64,000 nt of DNA from positions 8,898-72,897 of the forward strand of contig JAGWXF010000011.1 of the NCBI GenBank assembly GCA_018970025.1. Reading direction: 5' to 3'. Every line of letters starts with the position of its first letter. The stretch's first letter is position 1. Origin of the DNA: Actinomycetales bacterium (GTDB lineage: Bacteria; Actinomycetota; Actinomycetes; S36-B12). A program made the translations under genes and the position numbers. The notes below the pieces were generated by a model, which searched no databases, was not told the DNA's origin, and saw only the letters and a program-made list of their open reading frames with translations. Positions 1-8,726 of the stretch are shown one piece after another.

Positions 1-1
1 C

Positions 2-439
2 TACCAGGAGCTCGACCCGCAGCACCGCACTCGGCTGATCCCGATCGTGCAGAACTGCGCCGTCCCGCCGCTGGTGCCGCTGGCGAGGTCCTGGGATCTC
101 GGCCTCGGCCTGCGGCGTGCGATCGAGTCGGCGCCAGGGGATGAGCGCGTTGCCCTGATCGGCGCCGGCGGCCTGTCCCACTGGATCGGCCACCCGCGCG
201 TTGGCGACATCGACGAGGCATTCGACCGCTGGTTCCTCGACACGCTGGCCTCGGGACGCACCGAGTCGATCCTGGACATGGACGATGACGAGATTGAGCT
301 GGCCGGCAATGGGGCGCACGAGATCCGAAGCTGGGTCGCAGTCGCGGCGGCTGCCTGGCCCAGGCCGGCCACCGTCCTGGCCTATGAGCCGGTCTACCCG
401 TGGATCACCGGGATGGGCGTGGTCGACTTCAGCCGCTGA
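2..439 (+). CDS. LigB-family (class III) extradiol dioxygenase, C-terminal part; 5' end lies outside the window
   Basis: Frame is open from the window edge to TGA 437-439. Translation ...VALIGAGGLSHWIGHPRVGDIDEAFDRWFLD...ELAGNGAHEIRSW... resembles LigB/MhpB-type catalytic subunits. Confidence 0.55.
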   Translation, partial: YQELDPQHRTRLIPIVQNCAVPPLVPLARSWDLGLGLRRAIESAPGDERVALIGAGGLSHWIGHPRVGDIDEAFDRWFLDTLASGRTESILDMDDDEIELAGNGAHEIRSWVAVAAAAWPRPATVLAYEPVYPWITGMGVVDFSR

Positions 440-484
440 CGGCGGTCCTGCCCATCGCTCGGGCTGGTGCTGCCCGCTGCGCCG

Positions 485-1423
485 TTATGCCGATGCGGTG
501 TCGAGCATTGCGATCTCATCGCCCGTGAGCTCGAGGTCACCGAAGGGGAGCAGGTCGGCGAGCTGCTCGACCGTGCGGGCGCTGGCGATAGGCGTCGACA
601 CGGTTGGCTGCTGGGCGAGCCAGGCAAGCGCGGTGGCGCCCATGGTGACCCCGCGCTGGTCGGCGATGGCCCGCAGGGCCCCCAGCACCCGATCGCCGCG
701 CTCGCCGAGATAGGCACTGGCCCCGGCAGCGCGGACGCTGTCGATCGTGGTGCCGGCCGCGTACTTGCCGGTGAGGAAGCCCCGGGCCAGGCCGTAGTAG
801 GGAAGGTTCGAGATGCCGAACTGCTCCACGACCGGTCGCAGGCCCGCCTCATAGGTCGATCGCTCCATCAGGTGGTACTCGTCCTGGATCAGCGAGTACC
901 CGGCCATCGCATGCTCCCGGGCGAAGGCCAGTGACGCCTGCAGTCGCTCCGGGGTGAAGTTCGACGCGCCGACGTATCGCACCTTGCCCGACTGCACGAG
1001 CGCGTCGAAGGCCGATTGGACGTCGGCGATGGGCACGGCAGGGTCGTCCTCATGGGCGTAGTAGACGTCGATGCGATCAGTGCGCAGGCGACGCAGCGAT
1101 GACTCCACGCACGCGGCGATGTTGGCGGGGGCCAGGCCCGGTGAGGTCGGCAGCTTGCCGACCTTCGTGGCGATGGTCACCTGATCGCGGTTGCCACGCG
1201 CGGCCATCCAGTCCCCGATGATGGTCTCGGACTCTCCGCCGACATTCCCCGGTACCCAGGCCGAGTATCCGTCCGCGGTGTCGATGAACGTGCCGCCCGC
1301 CTCGAAGAAGGCATCGAGGACGGCGAAGGACTGCGCCCGGTCGGCCGACCAGCCGAACACATTGCCGCCCAGGCAGAGGCGGGACACGCGGAGGTCGGTG
1401 GTGGGGATCGTGATGGTTCGCAT
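485..1423 (-). CDS. aldo/keto reductase family oxidoreductase
   Basis: ORF 485..1480; start set at ATG 1423 (MRTITIPTTDLRVSRLCLGGNVFGW...). AKR-type motifs GGTFIDTADGY and GKVRYVGASNF. Confidence 0.85.
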   Translation of the reverse strand: MRTITIPTTDLRVSRLCLGGNVFGWSADRAQSFAVLDAFFEAGGTFIDTADGYSAWVPGNVGGESETIIGDWMAARGNRDQVTIATKVGKLPTSPGLAPANIAACVESSLRRLRTDRIDVYYAHEDDPAVPIADVQSAFDALVQSGKVRYVGASNFTPERLQASLAFAREHAMAGYSLIQDEYHLMERSTYEAGLRPVVEQFGISNLPYYGLARGFLTGKYAAGTTIDSVRAAGASAYLGERGDRVLGALRAIADQRGVTMGATALAWLAQQPTVSTPIASARTVEQLADLLPFGDLELTGDEIAMLDTASA

Positions 1424-1494
1424 GCCTGCATCCTGCACCCTCGCGGCATCGGTGCTTAGACTGCATCCTGACGCAGGCACCGGTCACACGACCC

Positions 1495-2724
1495 ATGGGA
1501 GTCGGCATGCCGCAGATCAGCACTCGGGCGTCCCTGCTGCTCGTGCCCGCACTGCTCGTTCCGCTCATCGCCAGCTGCAGTGCCGAATCCGCGACAGCGC
1601 CGACGGCCACGGTGCCGGCATCAGGTCAGGTGGCCGTGAAGGGCGACCTGCCCGTCGTCGCGGTGACGTCGACGGCGACGACCGCTCCGCCCACGACCGC
1701 TCCGCCGACGGCTGTCGTCGTTCCGGTGACGCCGGTGGCTACCGCGCTCCTGCCGACTGCTCAGGCGTTCATCCCGACGAAGCTGCCGACCGTGCCGACG
1801 AGGCTCACGCCGACCTCGGCGCAGACGGCAACGGTCCAGCCGCCCACGCCCGGGCCGACCTGCACCCCGGGCACCACGACGCCGGTCATCAGCGACGTCT
1901 ACCCCAAGGCCGGCGCGGCCGGCACGGACATCACGATCATCGGATCGAACCTCGGGACGGTCAATGGCTCGGTGCTGGTCACCTTCGGGTCGGTGGTGAT
2001 TATCCCGTGGAGCGTCACGCCCACGCTCGTCTCGGTCATCGCCCCCGCAGGGGTGACAGGCACGGTGCCGATCCGCGTCTGGAGCACCCTGGGCTGCGGC
2101 CAGGCGACCGCGCAGTTCACCTTCCCCGGCGGTCAGCCGGCACCGGCGACGACCGCTGCTGCTGCACCGGCAACGAGTGGCCCGTGCAATACGAATGCCT
2201 CGTCGGCCCCGGCGGTCACGACCATCAGCCCGCGCCCCTTCAACACGCTCGGTGGGGACGAGGTCACCATCGGCGGCCGCAATCTGGTGAGCAGTCGCGG
2301 CCCGACCGTCGTCATCTTCGGCTCCACGAGCGCGACCCCGACCTCGGCCACGGCGACATCCCTGAAGGTCATCGCGCCACCGGGGCCGGTCGGCCCGGTC
2401 GTGGTGAAGGTGGCCACGCCGGACGGATGCGCCCAGGTCTCCCAGAGCACCCTGGCGTATGCGGTGCCCAAGCCGACGGTCGATGCCGCGAGCCTGTCCC
2501 CGAAGTCCGGCCCGATCGCCGGCGGCACAACCGTGACCATCAACGGCCGGGCCCTCACCGGCGCGATCGTGAAGAACAGCGGTGGCTCGCCGGCGACCAT
2601 GCTCAGCGTCACCGACACCAGCGTCACCTTCGTGACGCCGTCCTCCCGGACGGTCGGCAGCGTCTCGTTCAGCCTGACCACGCCAGCCGGATCGACCGGG
2701 TTCATCTTCCAGTACACGCGCTAG
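1495..2724 (+). CDS. secreted lipoprotein with three IPT/TIG (Ig-like) domains
   Basis: Signal peptide with lipobox LIAS-C, then a Thr/Pro-rich linker. Three ~90-aa repeats of the form P-x-I-x-x-[VIL]-x-P...GG/AG-T-x-[IV]-T-I-x-G-x-[NA]-L (PVISDVYPKAGAAGTDITIIGSNL; PAVTTISPRPFNTLGGDEVTIGGRNL; ASLSPKSGPIAGGTTVTINGRAL). Confidence 0.75.
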   Translation: MGVGMPQISTRASLLLVPALLVPLIASCSAESATAPTATVPASGQVAVKGDLPVVAVTSTATTAPPTTAPPTAVVVPVTPVATALLPTAQAFIPTKLPTVPTRLTPTSAQTATVQPPTPGPTCTPGTTTPVISDVYPKAGAAGTDITIIGSNLGTVNGSVLVTFGSVVIIPWSVTPTLVSVIAPAGVTGTVPIRVWSTLGCGQATAQFTFPGGQPAPATTAAAAPATSGPCNTNASSAPAVTTISPRPFNTLGGDEVTIGGRNLVSSRGPTVVIFGSTSATPTSATATSLKVIAPPGPVGPVVVKVATPDGCAQVSQSTLAYAVPKPTVDAASLSPKSGPIAGGTTVTINGRALTGAIVKNSGGSPATMLSVTDTSVTFVTPSSRTVGSVSFSLTTPAGSTGFIFQYTR

Positions 2725-2767
2725 ACGGTTCCCGCCTACCTGGCAGGCGACCGCGGATCGCGTGCGC

Positions 2768-3787
2768 TCAGCCCGGACGGGGAGGCGCGCTCGTGGTCGA
2801 CCGGGCGACCAGTTGCGGCTCGACAAGCGTCGACCTTGGTGGAGGCAGGCCATCGTCGAGGTGGGCGGCGAGGAGTTGCGTTGCAAGGGTGCCCATGCCG
2901 GCAATCGGCTGGGCGATGGTGCTCAGGCCCAGGGTGGGCAGCGCCGACAGGTTGGTGCCGTCGTAGCCGATGATCGACAGGTCCTCCGGGATGCGCAGGC
3001 CGAGCTGGGTCGCCGCAGCCATGGCCCCGACAGCGGCGAAGTCGCTGCAGACGAACACGGCCGTCGGGCGCGGGCGCCGGGACAGCGCATCCAGCATCCC
3101 GGCATGGCCGCCAACGTCACTGAAGGCGCCCACGTGGCAGCGGATCTGCCGGGCCAGGCGATGCCGTCGCATGGCTGCCTCATAGCCGGCCTGCCGGCGC
3201 TGGGCAACGGCATTCGACCCGCCGGTCACATGGGCGATGCGACGATGGCCCAGGCCGACGAGATGGTCGACCGCCATCTGCGCACCGGCGACATCGTCGT
3301 TGGCGATCGATGCCAGGTGCGGGACCCTGGGATGCTCGCTGGAGACGATGATGGCCGGGAATCCCGCGCTGATGACCCGACGGGCCCGGACGGGCAGTCG
3401 ATGGCCAAGGGCGATCATCCCCTCGACGCGGAACTCCAGCAGCTTCTCCAGCTCGGCATACTCGGCCGCCGCGTCATCGCTGCCGACCACCAGGATCGTC
3501 CGGTAGTCCCGTGCCCGAGCCTCGGCCCGGACGGCGTCGACGAAGTCCGCAGTGATCGGGTTGTGGAGGTCGAGCAGGAAGATGCCGATCGTCCGGCTGC
3601 GCGCCGAGCCGAGGTTGCGCGCTGAGGCGTTCGGGCGGTATCCGAGCTCGTCGGCTGCCGCGAGGATGGCCTCGCGGCTCGTCTCGGAGACTCGGCTGGA
3701 GCCCTGCAGTGCGAGCGACACCAGCGACTTGGAGACGCCCGCGCGCGTAGCGACGTCCCGAATCGTTGGGTGGCGTCGAGCTTCCAT
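2768..3787 (-). CDS. LacI-family transcriptional regulator (likely inositol-cluster repressor)
   Basis: ORF 2768..3904; start set at ATG 3787 (MEARRHPTIRDVATRAGVSKSLVSLALQGS = LacI HTH), followed by a periplasmic-binding-fold sensor domain. Lies 17 nt downstream of the iolG stop on the same strand. Confidence 0.85.
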   Translation of the reverse strand: MEARRHPTIRDVATRAGVSKSLVSLALQGSSRVSETSREAILAAADELGYRPNASARNLGSARSRTIGIFLLDLHNPITADFVDAVRAEARARDYRTILVVGSDDAAAEYAELEKLLEFRVEGMIALGHRLPVRARRVISAGFPAIIVSSEHPRVPHLASIANDDVAGAQMAVDHLVGLGHRRIAHVTGGSNAVAQRRQAGYEAAMRRHRLARQIRCHVGAFSDVGGHAGMLDALSRRPRPTAVFVCSDFAAVGAMAAATQLGLRIPEDLSIIGYDGTNLSALPTLGLSTIAQPIAGMGTLATQLLAAHLDDGLPPPRSTLVEPQLVARSTTSAPPRPG

Positions 3788-3804
3788 CCAGGCGTGCCCG
3801 GCGC

Positions 3805-4794
3805 CTAGTGGATCTCGTCGATGCGAACGACCGCCCCGCTCCGCGCGGACTGCTCGCAGGCGAGTGCGATGCGCGTCGCCTCGATAGCGGCCCGCGGGGG
3901 GCACGGATTGTCGCGCTCGCCCTGGACGAGATCGACGAACGCGCGGGTCTCCTGGCGGAAGGCCTCGCGGAACCGGTCGACGAATCCGCGATAGGGATCG
4001 CGGTTGAAGTTGGCATCGGATGCCATGGCATGCAGGGGTGCCCGGCTGCCCAGGCCGACGGCGATGCTGTCCTGGGAGCCGAACACCTCCATGTGGACGT
4101 CGTGCCCGACCGGGTCATGCCGAGTGCCGGTGATCGCCACCTGCACCCCGGAGGTCGTAGTCAGGTGGATGAGGCTGGCATCCCCGTCATCGATCGCCCC
4201 GTACTGCTGCCAGACGCGCAGTCGCCTGGTCGCGTAGACCGACTCGACCTCGCTGCCGGTCATCCAGCGGACCAGGTCGAAGTCGTGGACGTGCAGGTCC
4301 TCGAAGATGCCGCCGCTGCCGGCGATGAACTCCGCCGGGCCTGGCTCATGGTCGTGGGCCATCATGTGGATGCTGTACAGGGTGCCGACCTGGCCGTCGG
4401 CGATCAGTCGCTGGCACTGCGCGATCTCCGGGTCGAAGCGACGCTGGAACCCGACCTGGACGGTGCAGCCGGCCTCCTGCGCCAGCCGGGCCATCTCGCG
4501 GGACTCCTCCAGGGTCAGGGCCAGGGGCTTCTCGACCAGGATGGGCCGGCCGGTGGCGATCAGCGCCTCGAACAGGCCCGCATGCGAGGCCGTCGACGTG
4601 GCCAGGACGTAGCCGTCGACCGCCTGCGCGGTGACCTGCTTGACGTCGATCGCTGCGGCTCCGAAGCGCTCTGCCAGGTCGTGGGCGCGCTGGGGTGTCC
4701 GATTGGCGACCAGGACGCTCGCGTGGTCGACGAGATCCTCGACCCGTATCGCGCCCATGCGGCCGGCGCCGATGACCAGGATGCGTGGTGCCAT
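3805..4794 (-). CDS. iolG: Gfo/Idh/MocA oxidoreductase, probable myo-inositol 2-dehydrogenase
   Basis: N-terminal Rossmann motif MAPRILVIGAGRMG and a Gfo/Idh/MocA-like C-terminal domain. Sits inside the iol cluster, divergent from iolE-like/iolC/iolB/iolD. Confidence 0.7.
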   Translation of the reverse strand: MAPRILVIGAGRMGAIRVEDLVDHASVLVANRTPQRAHDLAERFGAAAIDVKQVTAQAVDGYVLATSTASHAGLFEALIATGRPILVEKPLALTLEESREMARLAQEAGCTVQVGFQRRFDPEIAQCQRLIADGQVGTLYSIHMMAHDHEPGPAEFIAGSGGIFEDLHVHDFDLVRWMTGSEVESVYATRRLRVWQQYGAIDDGDASLIHLTTTSGVQVAITGTRHDPVGHDVHMEVFGSQDSIAVGLGSRAPLHAMASDANFNRDPYRGFVDRFREAFRQETRAFVDLVQGERDNPCPPRAAIEATRIALACEQSARSGAVVRIDEIH

Positions 4795-4868
4795 GCCGAC
4801 TCCCGTCTGCGACGTGCGCGTGAAGCCTTGCGATCGATCTGGCCAGTGTGCCAGAGTCTGCCGTAGTG

Positions 4869-4882
4869 TTGGACCGTTCCAA
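4869..4882. promoter_or_regulatory. candidate LacI-type operator (imperfect palindrome TTGGACC|GTTCCAA)
   Basis: 14-bp dyad with a central CG (6 of 7 half-site positions complementary) in the divergent iolG / iolE-like intergenic region. Confidence 0.3.
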
Positions 4883-4959
4883 TAGCGTGATCATCTGCCT
4901 GCCCGATTCACTGCCCGCTTGCCTGCGCGTGAGTCAGGCACCGGCCACCGAGGAGTGAC

Positions 4960-5862
4960 ATGTCCGACTTCCTGCAGCGGATCGCATCGGCCCCGATCTC
5001 CTGGGGGATCTGCGAGGTGCCCGGCTGGGGGGCGATGCTGCCGACTGACCGGGTGCTGTCGGAGATGAACTCCCTGGGCCTGCCGGCGACCGAGCTCGGC
5101 GCACCGGGCTTCCTGCCGGACTCGCCGGATGAGCTGCGCCAGACGCTCGGCGCCTACGACATGTCGCTGATCGGCGGGTTCACCCCGTTCGTGCTGCACG
5201 ACCCTGCGCAGCGGGATGCCGCGATCGCGGAGGCGCACCGGGTTGCCAGCCTGTTCCAGCGCTGCGGGGCCACGCATGTGGTCTCTGCCGTGGTGATGGA
5301 CGACCAGTGGTCGGTGCCCCGGCCGCTGGACGCTGCCGAGCAGCGGCACCTGCTGCACATGCTGGGGGTCATCGACGAGATCTGCGGGGAGTATGGCCTG
5401 CAGCAGGTCCTGCATCCCCACGTGCAGACCGTCGTCGAGACCCGCGACGACATCCACCGGGTGCTCGACGGATGCGATGTGCAGTGGTGCCTGGACACCG
5501 GTCACCTGGCGATCGGCGGCGAGGATCCAGTCGAGTTCGCGCGCCAGGCGGCCGACCGGGTCGGCCACGTCCACCTCAAGGACGTCAACCTCGATCTCGC
5601 ACCGGGCCTGCTGCGGCGGGAGTACTCCATCATGCAAGGGGTGCAGCGCAGCCTGTTCACCCCGCTGGGCCAGGGGGACGTCCCCATCGCCGACGTGATC
5701 GAGGTGCTCGAAGGGTCGGGCTATCGCGGCTGGTACGTCATCGAGCAGGACACCGCGATCCTCGGGGATCCGCCCCAGGAGGGCGCCGGGCCGGTCACCT
5801 CGGTCGCCCAATCGATGGACTACCTGCGCGAGGTCGTCGCCCCTCGCCTGGCCCAGGCCTGA
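4960..5862 (+). CDS. xylose-isomerase-like TIM-barrel protein, IolE/IolH family (probable inosose dehydratase)
   Basis: N-terminus MSDFLQRIASAPISWGICEVPGWG... resembles the IolE 'APxSWG' start. Has the sugar-phosphate isomerase/epimerase fold signature and sits in the iol cluster. Confidence 0.65.
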   Translation: MSDFLQRIASAPISWGICEVPGWGAMLPTDRVLSEMNSLGLPATELGAPGFLPDSPDELRQTLGAYDMSLIGGFTPFVLHDPAQRDAAIAEAHRVASLFQRCGATHVVSAVVMDDQWSVPRPLDAAEQRHLLHMLGVIDEICGEYGLQQVLHPHVQTVVETRDDIHRVLDGCDVQWCLDTGHLAIGGEDPVEFARQAADRVGHVHLKDVNLDLAPGLLRREYSIMQGVQRSLFTPLGQGDVPIADVIEVLEGSGYRGWYVIEQDTAILGDPPQEGAGPVTSVAQSMDYLREVVAPRLAQA

Positions 5863-5865
5863 GGG

Positions 5866-6912
5866 TTGAGTCGTCCGTTGGCGGACTCGGGTTCAGCAGT
5901 GGTGCCCGACCCTAAGCCATTCGACCCTAAGCCATTCGACCCTGTGCCATTCGACCTGATCGCTGTCGGCCGGATCAGCGTGGATCTGTATGCGCGGGAG
6001 CCGCATGCCTCCTTTGCCGACGAGCAGACCTTCATCAAGTCCATCGGCGGCAGCCCGACGAACGTGGCGGTCGCTGCTGCGCGGCTGGGCCTGCGCGCGG
6101 CCCTGGCCACCGGTGTCGGCGATGACGAGCTCGGCGCATATGCCCTGCGCCGGCTCGCGGCCTTCGGGGTGCACGAGGCGTTCGTCGAGTGCGTTGCCGG
6201 CGTGCCGACCCCGCTCGTGCTCGCGTCGCGAAATCCACCGCACGAGCCCGCGATCCTGTTCTTCCGCGATCCGGCAGCACCGGACACCTCGCTCACCATC
6301 GGTTCCATTCCTGCCGATCACGTCGAGTCGTGCCGCCTGCTGTGGACGAGCGGCAGTGCCCTGGCCATCGGATCGACTGCCGATGCGATGCGGGCGTGGA
6401 TGGCTGCGCGGCAGCGGCGCGGGGTCGCCCTCGACCTGGACTACCGGCCCGCCCTGTGGCCGTCCGCGCAGGATGCGCAGGAGCGGGTGCGCGAGGCGAT
6501 CGCCCTGTCATCGATCGTGATCGGCAATCGTGGCGAGTGCCGGATGGCCCTGGGCACGGATGATCCGGACGCTGCCGCCGACGTGCTGCTGGAGCAGGGC
6601 GTACAGCTGGCGGTGGTCAAGATGGGGGCAGAGGGCTCCCTGGCGGCGACGGCCACCGAGCGGGTTCGGGTGCCGACGATCAGCGTCGAGGTGGTGTGCG
6701 GCCTCGGTGCCGGCGACGCCTTCGGCGGAGCCCTGTCGTATGCGATCCTGCATGGCATGGGCCTGGCTGATGCACTGGCGCTGGCGAATGCCGCCGGCGC
6801 CCTGGTGGCATCACGGCCGACCTGCGCCGATGACATGCCATCGCTGGCAGAGCTGCAGGCCTTCGCGCGGCTGCGCGGACGCGATCCGGAGGGTAGGCAA
6901 CGTGACGAGTGA
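5866..6912 (+). CDS. iolC: 5-dehydro-2-deoxygluconokinase (PfkB family)
   Basis: FDLIAVGRISVDLYAREPHASFADEQTFIKSIGGSPTNVAVAAARLG... is typical of IolC, with the C-terminal PfkB motif GLGAGDAFGGA. Start uncertain: TTG 5866, GTG 5899/5902 or GTG 5944. Confidence 0.85.
   Translation: MSRPLADSGSAVVPDPKPFDPKPFDPVPFDLIAVGRISVDLYAREPHASFADEQTFIKSIGGSPTNVAVAAARLGLRAALATGVGDDELGAYALRRLAAFGVHEAFVECVAGVPTPLVLASRNPPHEPAILFFRDPAAPDTSLTIGSIPADHVESCRLLWTSGSALAIGSTADAMRAWMAARQRRGVALDLDYRPALWPSAQDAQERVREAIALSSIVIGNRGECRMALGTDDPDAAADVLLEQGVQLAVVKMGAEGSLAATATERVRVPTISVEVVCGLGAGDAFGGALSYAILHGMGLADALALANAAGALVASRPTCADDMPSLAELQAFARLRGRDPEGRQRDE
5908..5952 (+). repeat. 15-bp tandem repeat x3 (GACCCTAAGCCATTC x2, GACCCTGTGCCATTC)
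   Basis: Read directly from the sequence. Encodes DPKPF-DPKPF-DPVPF if the upstream TTG/GTG starts of iolC are used; otherwise it lies in the 5' leader. Confidence 0.95.
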
Positions 6913-7801
6913 GCCTGGCCTGTCCCGGGCCGACTACGACCGCATCCTGCAGGCGCGGCTGCGTGAGCCGGTATCGCTGCGGCGTGCGCTGGCCGGTCGA
7001 CGGCGGCGTGCCCTGCTGGGCGATGACGCCAATCTCCTGCTGCTGGCCGCCGACCACACCGCGCGCGGCATGCTGGCCGTCGGATCGGATCCGCTGGCCG
7101 TCGCCGACCGCTATGAGCTGCTGCGTCGCCTCGTGCTCGGCCTGGAGGATCCGCGCGTCGACGGGGTGCTCGCCAGCGCCGACATCCTCGAGGAGCTCGC
7201 CCTGCTCGGGGCCCTCGAGGGCCGGCTGGCCATCGGGACGATGAACCGGGGCGGCATCATCGGCGCATCCTGGGAGCTCGATGACCGGATGACCGCCTAT
7301 GACCCTGCCCATGTCATCAGCGCCGGCCTGGACGGCGGCAAGACGCTGCTGCGCATCGACCATGGCGACGCCGCCGTCGCGCGCACCCTGGAGATGGTGG
7401 CGCAGGCGACGACGACCCTGGCCGACGCCGGGGTGATGCACCTGATCGAGCCGTTGCCGTACCGCAAGCGCGAGGATGGCCGGGCCTTGCTCGACACGTC
7501 CGAGGAGGCCCTGGTCAAGGTCGTGGCCATCGCCTCCGGCCTGGGCTCGTCATCCGCGTTCAGCTGGCTGAAGATCCCCGCGACCGCGAATCCGGCGCTT
7601 GTCGCATCCGCGACGACCTGCCCGATCCTGCTGCTCGGCGGCGACCCGGGTCAGGAGTGGCGTGCGGTCTTCGATCGCTGGGAGCGGGCCCTGGCGGTGC
7701 CGAATATCCGTGGCCTGGTCCCGGGCCGGGCGTTGCTCTACCCGCATGAGCTGACCGTGCCGGAGGCGGTCGGCCGCGCAGCGGCGATCGTGCACCCATG
7801 A
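6902..7801 (+). CDS. DhnA/FbaB-type class I aldolase, probable 5-dehydro-2-deoxyphosphogluconate aldolase
   Basis: Track ORF 6530..7801, but its first 124 codons overlap iolC. In-frame GTG 6902 (VTSEPGLSRADYDRIL...) overlaps the iolC stop by 11 nt. Motifs LLLLAADHTARG, DGGKTLLRI and MHLIEPLPY fit class I aldolases found in actinobacterial iol clusters. Confidence 0.7.
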   Translation: MTSEPGLSRADYDRILQARLREPVSLRRALAGRRRRALLGDDANLLLLAADHTARGMLAVGSDPLAVADRYELLRRLVLGLEDPRVDGVLASADILEELALLGALEGRLAIGTMNRGGIIGASWELDDRMTAYDPAHVISAGLDGGKTLLRIDHGDAAVARTLEMVAQATTTLADAGVMHLIEPLPYRKREDGRALLDTSEEALVKVVAIASGLGSSSAFSWLKIPATANPALVASATTCPILLLGGDPGQEWRAVFDRWERALAVPNIRGLVPGRALLYPHELTVPEAVGRAAAIVHP

Positions 7802-7838
7802 TCCGTCCCACATCGTTCAGCCGAGGAGGCCGCACATC

Positions 7839-8726
7839 ATGAGCTGGTTGCATTCGAGCGCATCGCTCTCCGACGGCGCTGGCACGGTCAGCATCACCCC
7901 GCAGCAGGCCGGCTGGGAGTACTGCGGCCTGGACGTCTACGACCTCGGCCGCCTGGGGAGCATCAGCCGGACGATGGATGGCTGCGAGGGGGTGCTGGTG
8001 CCGCTATCGGCCACCGATGTCGAGGTCGAGGTCGACGGCGAGGCCTATCGGCTGGCCGGCCGCGACGGCGTGTTCGCCGCAGTATCCGACTGGCTGTACG
8101 TGCCATCGGGGAGCCAGCTGAGCGTGCGCGGCACGGCCGGCGAGGTCGCCCTGTGCACGGCGCGCACCGAGGTGCGGCACCCGGTCGCGTACGTGCCCGC
8201 GGCGGAGGTCGAGGTCGAGGTGCGCGGTGCCGGCCGCGCGACCCGCCAGGTGACCAACATCGCCACCGCGACCTCGTTCAGCGGCGCGGAGAAGATCCTG
8301 GTGTGCGAGGTGCTGACCCCAGGCGGCAACCTGTCGTCCTGGCCACCCCATCGCCATGACGGCATCGGCGACTGCCCGGCGAGCAATGAGGAGATCTACT
8401 ACTTCCGCATCGGCAAGCTGGATGCCCCCCACGGCGACCCCGAGGGCTGCGGCCTGTTCCACGTCTACACGGTGGACGGCTCTGTCGACGAGACAGTCAC
8501 GATTCGCGACACGGATGTCTACGTCGTACCCCAGGGCTACCACGGGCCCAGCATCGCGACCCCGGAGTACCCGATGTACTTCCTGAACGTGCTGGCCGGC
8601 CCGGGCGCCGAGCGCACGATGGCCTTCTGCGACGACCCCTCGCATCACTGGATCCGCGGGGCCTGGCAGGAGCAGGAGCAGGACCCGCGCTGCCCGATGA
8701 CCTCCGCAGCAGGACGCAGGGCCTGA
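7839..8726 (+). CDS. iolB: 5-deoxy-glucuronate isomerase
   Basis: 295-aa cupin-type protein (…GGNLSSWPPHRHD…EEIYYFR…) in the canonical position before iolD. Confidence 0.85.
   Translation: MSWLHSSASLSDGAGTVSITPQQAGWEYCGLDVYDLGRLGSISRTMDGCEGVLVPLSATDVEVEVDGEAYRLAGRDGVFAAVSDWLYVPSGSQLSVRGTAGEVALCTARTEVRHPVAYVPAAEVEVEVRGAGRATRQVTNIATATSFSGAEKILVCEVLTPGGNLSSWPPHRHDGIGDCPASNEEIYYFRIGKLDAPHGDPEGCGLFHVYTVDGSVDETVTIRDTDVYVVPQGYHGPSIATPEYPMYFLNVLAGPGAERTMAFCDDPSHHWIRGAWQEQEQDPRCPMTSAAGRRA

Noticed and set aside
1191-2966. 591-aa plus-strand ORF
   Set aside because: It overlaps the AKR gene antisense and the IPT/TIG lipoprotein gene out of frame. The translation is His/Arg/Gly/Asp-rich low complexity.
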